64,000 bases of DNA. It comes from Octopus bimaculoides (taxonomy: Eukaryota). Below, piece by piece: positions 1-11,836 of the stretch (position 1 is its first letter; each line of letters opens with the position of its first letter). Position numbers and translations under genes: made by a program. The notes under the pieces are model-generated. The model had not been told where the DNA came from. It worked only from the letters and a program-made list of their open reading frames with translations, and did no database searches. The stretch is from assembly GCF_001194135.2 (NCBI RefSeq), contig NC_068983.1, positions 63,693,043 through 63,757,042 on the forward strand, in the 5' to 3' direction.

Positions 1-82
1 CCTACACTCTTCGAAAGAAAGGAACACAGAAATAAACAGAGAGAAGAAATAGAAAAAGGTTTAGTGGCTAGCGATCTATCAC

Positions 83-142
<60 letters not shown>

Positions 143-179
143 TGAGAGAGAGAGAGAGAGAGAGGGGGGAGGGGAGAGA

Positions 180-2400
180 ATCCCTCGTTTTGCGGAAGTA
201 ATGAATTCTTAAAAATGTGTCCATAACGCGAAATTCCGTAATGCGAAATTAATATTCCATTTGATTTTAAAATTATCGACTGAGATTGCGTTCCTACAGA
301 CTTATTCTAAAATCAAAAATTACAGAAAAGAAACGGAGAACAAGCAACATGATTACTTTTATACATGAAAATAACAATCTCTAATCATACACAGTATAAT
401 ATAGATACGTAAAAACGCAAAATCCTTTCAAGAGGAATATGTTAATATGTTAGGGAATTGATAAGAATCGTAATGTCGTAAGCGTACATTCTTTCCCCAA
501 CTGTGTGAGTAGTGGTAGTGGAATGAGCATTACAAGGAGGATAAAGGACAATATTTACTACCTTATAGTTCACTATTACCAGCATCGACTTGAGGAGAGA
601 AGAATTTATCCAAAGTTAACTGTTGATTATGATTTTTCTTCTTGTGAAATAAAATTTCAAGCGGCCAAGCGCGTCCAGGAAAGTGTAGTTTCATTGACAG
701 TGTATACTTATTCTGGTGTGTAACCCGCTTCAGCAATCATTTGTTCAACTGCTCAGTATAATTAGTAGCAGCCTCTGTAACACTGCCCGCAGCACCCGAG
801 TCATTTTTATGTTGTGTAAATTCATGCTTTTCTTAGATCTTTCAAACCAGCCTTTACTAGCCAAAAGGGATCTTTATACGGCTGAGTATAGAACTGAGCT
901 CATTGTAAACTCGTCTTGAAATTGTTATATTATGTTCACGATTAGGATCACTATCAGCACAAATCAGCAGACCTTCCTACATATGTGTGTCAATCCTTTA
1001 ACAATAATTTACATAACCAATGTAAGTGGTGTAGGTGGTATTTCCCTTATGTAATCTGTACTATCAGCTTATACTCTTTCTAACAGGATCACCTCTTTAT
1101 AAGATAAACCTTGTTTCTGGGACTCTAGCAACTCAAATCACATCACACCGTATGTCTTCTTCATATCCTATATCCTTTTCGAGCACCACATCTTTCGGAA
1201 TTTGATACAGATTTTCTGCTAGAGAAAAACTTGTAATGTCTTTTCCCAGCAGTGTTCACAAGTGATTCAGCCATATTGTCCACAGCATGCATTATGTTGT
1301 ATTTCTTCCAGAAATTTCAAACTGTAGTTGTATCCTCCCTGTCGATTGGCTATGCATTGAAGACAGCTTTCACACCTTGATCCATTGGCTGGAGCAAGCA
1401 AATTATATTCTTAGGGATATATTCTATTCTCACATTATCCGTAAGGTCATCTACGTTCAGTGAGTGCGTCTGTGCATTGTAAAGTAGCAATACTTTGTTG
1501 GAAATATTATATCTAGCACTGCCACTTTCTATGACACGATGAAAAATGTTTCTATACCACTCTTTGAAAAGGCTCTTAGTCATTCGTGCCCTTTATTTAA
1601 AAGCCAAATGAGAGGTAGATTTAGGTTCAATCCCTAGAATTTTCAGAGTGATATACGCATAAGGGCTTTAATTTCATATCACTAGCGGCATTCCTCTCAA
1701 ACAAAGTGTCAGGCGAATTCTGGAAACTTTAAATCCGAGTGTTGGTTTTTCTTCTTGTGAAGTAAGGATTCAAACGGTCAAGCGCTTCCAGCAAAGTGTA
1801 GTTTCATTGATAGTGTATACTCACTGTGGTGTGTAACCACCTTCAGCAATCATTTCCTTCAACTGCTCAGGATAATTAGTAACAGCCTCTGTAACAGTGC
1901 TCGCAATACACGAATCATTTTTATGTTGTGTAAATTCATGCTTTTCTTAAATCTTTCAAACCAGCCTTTACTAGATAAAAAGAGATTTTCACTAGAAGTT
2001 AAACTTTCCCTTTTCTGCAAATCATCATATAAACTATTGACTTTTTCTCGATTACCATCATGTTTATCGGCATATTTCGCTGACCCTGGTCCTCGAATTC
2101 TACACTCAAAAGTTGTTATGTTTTAATCATTATATTACGTCTATGGAAAAATTAGGTCCAGACATTTAACGGAATAGCTTCTTGAGCACTTGCCATAATT
2201 TTTCCTGTTATGTATTGTTCCCCTTGTGGTCGTTACAAGATTTAATGTTTTGATAATATTATTTAGTTTGGTTTCGCATAAAGTCTTTTTAGAACGTCAA
2301 TTTTAATATCCAATGCAATTCTTTGTACGGTTGCTCTTCGCACTACAGCCTTCAAGTGTGTACCTGATAGCTTATTTCCTGTAATTTTAAATTGAAAGCA
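180..2400 (-). mobile_element. Decayed Tigger/pogo-family DNA transposon
   Basis: Minus-strand translation gives, with stops and frameshifts: HTH-psq-like start (~2330-2200), SKGWFERFKK, ETTLCWKR, RLTL..GNA..DMKLKPL..YHSEN, MTKSLFKEW..LLLYNAQTH..PKNIICLLQPMDQGV (ORF 1350-1583), FWKKYNIMHAVDN, and a C-terminal QLTLDKFF (~630-605). A TIR-like AATCCCTCGTTTTGCGG lies at ~178-195. Confidence 0.9.
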
Positions 2401-3066
2401 AATCCAACAGTAACAGGGATTAATCATCCACAATAAATCTGTAGTAAAATTAAATTGGCCAAGGAAGATCTGATTTGTGAACGCGAAAAATTCTCTTTTC
2501 CTTTAAATGCAATAATGAAAATGAGATGAAAAGTTGAAGGAATGAAGAGAAACTACTATATAATTACAATTAACTGAAGGTTCACCAGATTTTATAGACA
2601 ATACGCCCCCTTACGCTTCAGGCTTAAGTTAGAAACACACACACACACGTACACACATCCATACACAAACATTCATACAAACTTATACAAGCACTCACAC
2701 ACAAAGTCAGACACGCACGCAAGAGCTGGGGTACATGCTGATATCTAGTATAGAGTAGTTGAATTCTAACGTTGGTGGATTGATAACGATGATCATGTGG
2801 GTTGCATTGGTTTAGGTATTAGTGATGAAAGATGGGTATTGTAAGTGGTGTATGGTCGTATTGATCTTGCTAATTATTATTGTTTAGTCTCAAGTCAATG
2901 CTCATAAACGTAACAGTGAAGACATTTCATGCAACTTTTGGCATACACTAGGAAACAACATTTTTTTGTTTTCAAATAGATTCCGTTACCTACTACATTT
3001 CATATATTATTGTTGCGGTCGGTGGTTGTGTTTGTGGTGATTATAGAAACATATATACATACACAA

Positions 3067-3097
<31 letters not shown>

Positions 3098-3110
3098 CAT
3101 ACATACATAC

Positions 3111-3641
3111 AGTTGTGGAAATTAGCTCCCAAGCGGATGTTAACATAAAGTTCAAGATCAGAGAGAAAGAGAACATCTATGCTGAACTATTGAGAAATCT
3201 GCAGTTACTCTATCCAGATTACAAGTTCAGTATTATACCTGTAATTATTGGAGCCCTGGTATATGTAAAACACTTCCTAAATACCAATCTTGAGAAATTA
3301 GGCTTCTCAAAACCAGAAAGGAGGAATCTAATTCGAAGACTGCAGATCCAATCCATCACAGGAACTGTAAAAGTATGAGAAACTTTCCAAATGGTTATCA
3401 TTTAAATATATATGAGCATATTTAGATATGCAACTATATGCATGAGAATACATACATGAAACATACAAATCTGCACATACATACATACATACATACATAC
3501 ATACATACATACATACATACATACAAAAATACCCTGTTCTTGATGTTGAAATTCCAATGGAGGCAGTTTGGATCTAGGTTGGAAACCGGTTCTTTCTCTA
3601 TTGGCAAGAGATCTTGAAATAAGCTGAATAATGACATACAT
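3111..3641 (+). mobile_element. 5'-truncated RLE-type (R4/Dong-like) LINE, (TACA)n-associated family, copy 1
   Basis: VEISSQADVN..KENIYAELLRNLQLLYPDYKFSIIPVIIGALVYV..LEKLG matches the C-terminal restriction-like endonuclease end of R4/NeSL-type ORFs. A ~270-bp 3' UTR follows, and (TACA)n lies on both sides. Confidence 0.85.
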
Positions 3642-3970
3642 TCATCAGCCTAGCAGATGTTAAAATAAAGCTAAAGATCAGTGAACACACCTACGCTGAA
3701 CTATTGAAATTTAGCTTTTCAAAGACAGGAATGAGGAAGCTGATTCGAAGACTACAGTTCCAAGCCATTACTGGACCTGTAAAAATTTGTAAGACTTTCC
3801 AGAAGTTTTATCATTTAAGTATATATGCGCATGTCTAGAGATGCAACTGTATGCATGAAAATATATACATAAAGCAAAATATACACTCTGCACATACACC
3901 GACTTCAAACACTGTACATATACACGCATACCTGCAAACAATACCAGTTGATATAATTGAAATTCCAGTG
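3642..3970 (+). mobile_element. Same RLE LINE family, copy 2 (internally deleted, tandem after copy 1)
   Basis: Repeats the GCAGATGTTAA..TACGCTGAACTATTG..TTCGAAGACTACAG..TGTAAAAAT coding end and the 3' UTR of copy 1. Confidence 0.75.
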
Positions 3971-4226
3971 TGGAAGGGCAGAAATAGCCTGAAACCAGGC
4001 TGGCTGCTGATGCTGTCGCTAGAAGGTGATAGAGGTTCCCTCCCCTGCTTGCAATATATCAGATGCAGGTTGCATCGTTAATGAGCTGAAGGAAGAGACC
4101 TCTTGGGGTTAAAACAGTCGCAGTATCGTACATTCCTACTGAACAGCCACGTTGAAGTGGCGACAAGCATTACTTGCCAGTAGAGTTACTGCTTTCATCT
4201 CTTACAGAGATGTGATAACTGGCTGC
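3971..4226 (+). repeat. Short hammerhead-headed repeat family, copy A (HHR core decayed)
   Basis: GGGCAGAAATAGCCTGAAACCAGG..TGCATCGTTAA..GGGGTTAAAA..CAGCCACGTTGAAGTGGC..ATTACTTGCCAGTAG is shared with 54001-54197 and 56050-56330. Confidence 0.7.
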
Positions 4227-4559
4227 TTATATATCTTGTTAGGAAATTATAAATTATAATAATTAAGTTAAAGAGGTAAACAGTTTTTCATGCTGCACTG
4301 TAAGGTGTTATTAGCAAAAATTGGCTAGACCTTGGCAAACCTTTATAAGCAGAAATAATTGTACACCCCGCCCCGTTTTTTGCGACAGTTTTTTTCTGTG
4401 AGACAAAGTTGTTTAATTGGATTCTGGGAGCTATGATTGCTTGTTTAGTTTATGCACCTTGTGCTTTGTGTTAGGCATTTATGGACTTATTTTAGACTCC
4501 AGGTATTCTCCAGAAAATGTGTGAGATTTAAAATAATTTCCCTGTCACATCTGGGTCTA

Positions 4560-4790
4560 AGATTCCAAAACTGAATTTGTACCAAAATAGAAATCCAGAT
4601 TTTATGAATTCCAAATTTTTGGAATCCATCTTTGTGAAAAACCAAAGTTGTGAGGCCAGATTTTATCTGAGGCCAATTTTGATGAAACCAAAAATTGTGA
4701 ATCCAGAGTTACGGATCCAAGTTTGTGAAATCACGTTAGTGAAGCTGGGATTCTGAGTTCGAATTTCTGAACTGTATATATATTTTACCT
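4560..4790. repeat. Degenerate 15-16-bp minisatellite (consensus ~TGTGAATCCAGATTT)
   Basis: Recurring GAATCCA/GAGGCCA/GAAACCA/GGATCCA motifs at ~15-16-bp spacing. Confidence 0.5.
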
Positions 4791-4990
4791 TTGTAAATAT
4801 TTTGACTGCACATCTGGTGTGGCATTGATTTTTTGTTCATGTATAGATTTGCTTTTGTATGTAGGCGGTTTTTTTCCATGCTGACAATTGTTAATATTTT
4901 ACAAAAAATTTCATGGTGTGTTGTTGTTCTGGGTTCACCCCGTCCTCGTTGATTCTGTAAATTCGGGTTACGTCCACGAGGTCTTAACTA

Positions 4991-5716
4991 TATATGGCAA
5001 ATGAAAGATGGAAGATGGAATATACGAGCATTCATTATTAATCACGACAATTGTTTCGACATATCTAGCATCGATTCCTCATGGGTGGAACACTCAACAA
5101 CTGGTTCAGGAACAAACGGTGGTGCAGATGCATCTGGTCGGGTAATAAATAAATACAACTCGTTAAAATAACTGTTCTGCAATGTAAATTCCTGTTTTGT
5201 AGAAAGAAAAGCAGCCAGTTTACTTTTAACCTCTCCATTCTTACAAACACGAAGTAGGTAGTTATGTCGCTTTGTAATCATGGGTGCACCAAACCTCACG
5301 TATGTATAGACTCACATTTTTGCGGATGCTCGTATGAGCGAGTGTATTCGCGCCGTGCAGCTTGCTCGAGGGTGTTTATATATCCATATTTGTTAATGGT
5401 TATTTTTAATACTTTTCTTGTTGGATTGCGTGTTCGTTTCTCTTTTTGCTATCTGTGATTTTATTTTTAATCTTCTATATAAATGAAGATATTTCCTCCG
5501 TCTGAGTGCTTTTCTTTCTATAAAACGGGTAGTTACATTGCGGAACAGTTATTCTAACGAGTTGTTCGACGAGACACATCTGCACCGCCGGATGCTCCTG
5601 AACCAGTTGTTGAGTGTCCCACCCATAAGGAATCGATGCTAGATGTGTCGAAACAATTGTTGTGATTAATAATAAATTCTCGTATATTCCATCTTTCGTC
5701 TTTCCTTTGCCATATA
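4991..5716. mobile_element. Foldback element with ~220-bp inverted arms, probably inverted Penelope-like pLTRs
   Basis: 4991-5213 is the reverse complement of 5507-5716, with several substitutions and one indel. Each arm carries a GTCGAAACAATTGTY motif. Confidence 0.75.
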
Positions 5717-5795
5717 CATAACGATCACTGTGAAAGTGACTGTGTTTACCAGTAAGTTACAAAGTGTAAACCATTCGTTTTATTATATATATATT

Positions 5796-5827
<32 letters not shown>

Positions 5828-6147
5828 TGTATGTATGTATGTATGAATGTATGTATATATGTATGTATTATGTATGCATGCATGCAGGCATACATGTATG
5901 TATGTATTTATGTTTGTATGTCTGTATGTCTGTATGTATATAAATTAATATAAACAACAGTTTGCAATGTTTCATCAAAGAGGTACAATTATTAATGTCA
6001 CTAAATGTGACTGGGTTGTTAGGAAACACCTACATTGCTAGAAATAAGAGCTAATCGCACTAATTCTGTAGTTAAAGCACATGAATGAAAGCATATACAC
6101 TAACAGGGACCATGATCGACCGAAACGTGCGGATCGAGAATTCTTAA

Positions 6148-6593
6148 TACTCTTTACTCTTTTACTCTTTTACTTGTTTCAATCATTTGATTGTGGCCAT
6201 GCTGGAGCACCGCCTTTTAGTTGAGCAAATCGAACGCAGGACTTATTCTTTGTAAGCCTAGTACTTATTCTATCGGTTTCATTTGGCGAACCGCTAAGCT
6301 ACGGAGACGTAAATACACCACCATCGGTTGTCAAGCGATGCTGGGGGAACAGACACAGACACACAAAAATATACACACACATACATACATACATACACAC
6401 ACATATATATATATATATATGTATATATACGACGGGCTTCTGTCAGTTTCCGTCTACCAAATCCACTCACAAGGCTTTGGCCGGCCCGAAGCTATAGTAA
6501 AAGACACTTGCCCAAGGTGCCACGCAGTGGGACTGAACCTGGAACCATGTGGTTCGTAAGCAAGCTACTTACCATACAGCCACTCCTACGCCT
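6148..6593 (-). mobile_element. tRNA-derived SINE family A, full length
   Basis: Minus-strand head AGGCGTAGGAGTGGCTGTATGGTAAG (A box)..GGTTCAGTCCC (B box), internal CA/TA microsatellite and (AAAAGAGT)n tail. At least 8 copies occur in the window. Confidence 0.9.
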
Positions 6594-6832
6594 GTACAAT
6601 TTCTGTTTTATCTGCTATAATAACTCGAGTAATCTAGGTGCTTCCTAACACCCTAGTCACATTTAGGGACATTAGTAATTCTCCTTTTTGGTGAGACATT
6701 GTAAACTGCTGTTCTTATTAATTTTATATACACACGTTAGCGAATCGCCATATCATCTAATTATTTGGCTGACGGAAACATAAATACTAATAAAGTGAGT
6801 CCGGAAAGAGCGGAACAGTCGAGCTGTCGTAA

Positions 6833-6868
6833 CTGATGAGGCAACGGAAATTGCCGAAAAGGAGCGTC
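6833..6868 (+). ncRNA. Hammerhead-ribozyme-like core, probably inactive
   Basis: CTGATGA-GGCAA-CGGAAA-TTGCC-GAAA-AGGAGC-GTC. Core and 5-bp stem II are perfect; stem III has an A at 15.2 and stem I is not evident. Confidence 0.45.
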
Positions 6869-7348
6869 ATTATTAAGAATTCTCGATCTGCACTTTTCGG
6901 ATGATTATAGTCCCTGTTTGTGTAAATGTTTTCATTCACGTGCATTAACTACAGCATTAGAGTGATATACCTCTTATATATATACATATACATACATATA
7001 TANNNNNNNNNNNNNNNNNNNNNNNNNNNNNNNNNNNNNNNNNNNNNNNNNNNNNNNNNNNNNNNNNNNNNNNNNNNNNNNNNNNNNNNNNNNNNNNNNN
7101 NNNNNNNNNNNNNNNNNNNNNNNNNNNNNNNNNNNNNNNNNNNNNNNNNNNNNNNNNNNNNNNNNNNNNNNNNNNNNNNNNNNNNNNNNNNNNNNNNNNN
7201 NNNNNNNNNNNNNNNNNNNNNNNNNNNNNNNNNNNNNNNNNNNNNNNNNNNNNNNNNNNNNNNNNNNNNNNNNNNNNNNNNNNNNNNNNNNNNNNNNNNN
7301 NNNNNNNNNNNNNNNNNNNNNNNNNNNNNNNNNNTATATATATATATG

Positions 7349-7416
<68 letters not shown>

Positions 7417-7417
<1 letters not shown>

Positions 7418-8449
7418 GTCCAAGGCTCATTCATTGGAATTCCAACATCAGAAACAGTGCATTTTTGCATGTAGTTATGTATACGTGCAGATTTGTATGT
7501 TTCTTTTTATGTATGTCTTCTCATGCGTATACTTGTATTTGTCGACATGCTCATTTATACGTAAATGAAAAAAATCTGGTTTTACAGATCTTTACAGTTC
7601 CAGTGATGGATTACATCTGTTTCTTCGAATTAGCTTTCTCCTTTCTGGTTTTGAGAAGCCTGATTTCTCAAGATTGGTATTTACGCAATATGTTACATAT
7701 CCCAGTGCACCAAAAAAACCTGAACTTGTAATCTCGATAGAGTAACTGCAGATTTCTCAATAATTTAGAGTAGGTATTCTCTTCTTCAATGATGTTTAGC
7801 TTTAAGTTAGCATCTGCTGGGCAGCTGAATTCCACAACTATTCACAGTCTCTCTTTTCTATCTGAAATAAGTTTACCAGGTCTATTGTGTTTACATTTTA
7901 TCGAGGTTTTAACTTGAACATTCCACCAGTACACATTTTTATTTTGAGTGGTTATGGCGCCCACCATACTGTGAGTTCTTATTTATTTGTTCTCGGTTTT
8001 ATCCTTTCGACATATCTCATTATACAGTGTCCTATCTACAACATCATATCATATCGGTAGATAATACCGTGATGACATTTTCGGACAATTGCTTATGATG
8101 TGAGTGATATCTTCGGTGTTAACTCCACAAAATCTGCATCGGTTGTCGTATTTTACTGAGTTTCCTGTGTGCATTAGGTATTTCCTGTTCCTGGATTGCA
8201 AACGCATACCCTTCGAAGTGAGAGGTAGTTATCCGGTTGTTGGTCCATGATAGACTGCTTTGGTGGTCAATGTTATTATCTTCCCGGAGCTTTCTACTAA
8301 CAAATTCACGCATGGTCTTCTGTTTATATACGCACATCCTTTCATCTGATGATATGATGCGGTAGAGTCCTACGACTTCTTTGGGCATGTGTTTAAGATC
8401 ATCAGACATGGAATGCTGCTTAAGGAGCTGCCTTCCAAGTCTTATGGTG

Positions 8450-8450
<1 letters not shown>
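7417..8450 (-). mobile_element. RLE-type (R4/Dong-like) LINE, (TACA)n family, longest copy
   Basis: Minus strand: SSLSWT..TSHFEGYAFAIQEQEI, CCHC knuckle CRFCGVNTEDITHIISNC, WWNVQVKT..KHNRP, VEFSCPADAN, LLRNLQLLY, then the 3' UTR. The 5' end abuts (TACA)n. Confidence 0.9.
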
Positions 8451-8483
<33 letters not shown>

Positions 8484-8699
8484 TGTATGTGTGTGTGTGT
8501 GTGTGCTTAATAGTCTAGGAAATTTTTAAACAAGATATGAAATGGTTAAATTGAGTGTATAATACGCAACTAGAATAGGTTAGCTGTGGTTGTTTATATC
8601 CCGAAATAACACTAGAGCCAAAGAGAAAAACTGGCATGACCTGTGAGCACTAAAGTACGTTTTTACTGACAATTCTGGTAATTGATTTGTGGCAGAAAC

Positions 8700-9700
8700 T
8701 TTCAGGCTGAACTAGCAAGTAAATGTGAATTAAGTAAAAATACTTTACGTCAAGACTGACGAAAACTTAACGCCGATACAGCAGTGAGAATTTCATGGAT
8801 GGTTCATGTAAAAAATCATCACTTGGAAGCATTGCAATTTTAGGTGATGTCAAAAATGTCAACTCCATTCAGAATAATATAAATGCACATGAAAATGCAA
8901 GGGGAGCAAATGTTCATAAAGTAGAAAGAAAAATTTAAAACTACTGTATTCCATCGGGAAGAAAAGTAATAGTTGAGAGATGAGAAGAATTGAAGGAGAG
9001 ATATAAGGCTACATTTAAAATAATTAAACTCATGAGAGCTGACAAATTGACTTTGCAAAATGTAAAACTACAACTAAATGAAACCCGTAAACAAGAATTT
9101 GAAGTTTAGCTTCAGGATAAAATATAATTTAAAATGCTTCAACCTTCCCTTGCATGGGCAATTGGAAGTGAAATAACAGAGAGGAAGTAAAGCAATCGAG
9201 GATAACTAAAAGCAAAGAATCTTAAAGATCTAATAAAATGATGGAAATAGCTCATCTTTAACATATTTCAACAGCTAACAAACTTCATAGATCAACTTAT
9301 TATTAGTGTTGTAGTAGAAACATAAAATTTAGAAACAAATTACTCGACAAAAGAAGAACTAAACAAGTATATCAAATAAATTTCAGTTGGCTCTGCACCA
9401 GATTTGGACAATATGCAAGTGAAAGAGTAGAAAATGAGTACTTTTTTTTGGATCCGTTAATTAAAGTGTGTAATAAAAGCATGCGTAAGTGCAAAGCTGA
9501 TATGAGGAGTGGGGATGGTCTGATATTAATTTTAACGGAAGGAAATCTTGGAAACGCAAATAATGAAAAGGCATTAATTTGTCGGTTATTGCACCTAAAA
9601 TGTACAAGTATATTCGTCCAGAAATGTCAACATTGTTACGAATCTTTGCAATAGAAAGGCATTTTGAAGGCATCAAAGCTCAGATCAATAAAGCTGTTAT
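8700..9700 (+). mobile_element. Decayed RTE-clade LINE ORF2 fragment (N-terminal RT region)
   Basis: GSAPDLD (cf. KAPGPD), GNLGNANN, IAPKMYK.IRPE..LLR and AIERHFEGIKA resemble RT domains 0-3 of RTE elements; many stops. Confidence 0.6.
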
Positions 9701-9734
9701 ATTATGTATATATATATACATACATATACATACA

Positions 9735-9806
<72 letters not shown>

Positions 9807-10100
9807 NNNNNNNNNNNNNNNNNNNNNNNNNNNNNNNNNNNNNNNNNNNNNNNNNNNNNNNNNNNNNNNNNNNNNNNNNNNNNNNNNNNNNNNNNNNNNN
9901 NNNNNNNNNNNNNNNNNNNNNNNNNNNNNNNNNNNNNNNNNNNNNNNNNNNNNNNNNNNNNNNNNNNNNNNNNNNNNNNNNNNNNNNNNNNNNNNNNNNN
10001 NNNNNNNNNNNNNNNNNNNNNNNNNNNNNNNNNNNNNNNNNNNNNNNNNNNNNNNNNNNNNNNNNNNNNNNNNNNNNNNNNNNNNNNNNNNNNNNNNNNN

Positions 10101-10150
<50 letters not shown>

Positions 10151-10771
10151 TATGTTTATACGGGAACGGAGTAGCTAAGATTCCGGCTACATATGTGGTA
10201 AAAACCCAAGGGAGGTGTATACTGCTGGCTACTCTTCAGGCCGAGGATATGCTACGCCATTCCGTAACTCTAGTATTCTTATTCGCACACCCACAACCTT
10301 GGTCGGCTACCGTGGGATATCAAAATAACTTCTTTGTTCAGCTCATCGTTCTTCGATACGAAAAAATCCACAACCGTCCGTCTCTCTAAACCACTATTGT
10401 TCCTGAAAGTTGTTTCTTTTAATATATTTACTACTGATTGCTTGAAGCTAACTTTCTTCCTACTGCTCGATCCCTGGTTCTTACACGTATATATGTATGT
10501 GTGTGTGTGTGTGTACAGAATAGGGGGGTTTAGTTCACTGGAGTTCTAAAGGAATAGATACGCTGGGTAATTGCTGTAACGAATTATCTGGGTTCCAATC
10601 TCGTAACTGAGACGGGAGCTATGGATCTACTTTAGGTTTCCGAATTAGCAAACACACACACAAACACACACACACACACATATATATGTGTATGTGTGTT
10701 TGTGTATGTATATATTTAGCAAATATATATATAGATGTATGTATGTATGTATGCATGCATATATGTATATA

Positions 10772-10811
<40 letters not shown>

Positions 10812-10945
10812 GCCCGAAGCTTTAGTGTAAGGCGCTTGTTCCAGATGCCTTAGACTACCCACACATCCACATTGCAACTTCGGATCTTGACTTCCCCTAA
10901 ATGGATTCTCTTCATTTTTTTTAGTCTCTTACATACATACATACA

Positions 10946-11160
10946 TACGAGGATGTACTGAATTTTTCGTGGCTTTGGGTTAAAAAAATACAGAAGGATA
11001 AGTTAATTATGATATTCAACAGGTTCTTCTCACAGGTTCACAGACTTATTGCAGCGGATTTTCAGTTCGTCTAAGTCCTGTAAAAGAACTCGATATGTTA
11101 TGTCTCTAATCAGGCCTTTTGCGATACCTAAAGCCAGGAAGTTTTCAGCACCCTCTAGTA
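10946..11160. mobile_element. Mariner-derived MITE
   Basis: TA-CGAGGATGTACTGAATTTTTCGTGGCTTT ... AAGCCAGGAAGTTTTCAGCACCCTCTAG-TA: imperfect TIRs with TA at both ends. A second copy lies at 26232-26416. Confidence 0.75.
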
Positions 11161-11780
11161 CATGCATATATAAAGTGTGTGTGTGTGTGATCAGGAACAT
11201 CTAGCAAAGTATCGTATAATAAATATGGTAAACGGGGATCAGAGTTCATTGAAGTGAAGTCTACGACCTAGTTTGACGTACGATATTGACTGTTGATTCA
11301 TTAACTTTTTTTTTGTTATTATTTAATATTGCTGTGTTAGTTCGTTTTCAGTAATATGATTTAATGCGACAGAATCTTTCTTTTGCAGCTGTATGTAATG
11401 ACTGCTTGGTTAAACACGTATTTCGGAAAATATAGATTATTCGGCATTGAGTAGATCTATGGAAATTTGCTTTCAAATGTTCAACATAAGAGATACAGAG
11501 CACGAAAGACTTGTCACCGAGTGAAATATGTTCAAACCGGAAATAACATAAGTTATATATGCAGTAAGAATTTTGCGAAAGCGAAGCTAAAATAACTATG
11601 GTTACATGCTAAAACGGTAGACAAGTCAAAGGCACCTTGACAGTTACTCTGTAGCATGAAGATGCAAACAATAAATTACCCCAAAAAGTATGTGTGTAAG
11701 TGTATATGAGTGCATGTATATATGTGTGCGCGTGTATATGTGTGTATGCGTGCGTGTGAGTGTGTATGTATGTATGTGTG

Positions 11781-11836
<56 letters not shown>

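Larger units (their letters stand above)
5940..6960. mobile_element. Penelope-like terminal-repeat fragments in inverted, permuted order around a SINE
   Basis: The reverse complement of 5940-6060 matches 6610-6730, and the reverse complement of 6060-6148 matches 6870-6960. A CTGATGAG..CGAAA motif sits at 6833-6868. Confidence 0.55.

Noticed and set aside
900-2340. Domesticated CENP-B/TIGD-type gene
   Set aside because: Multiple stops and frameshifts plus a TIR-like end show a decayed transposon.
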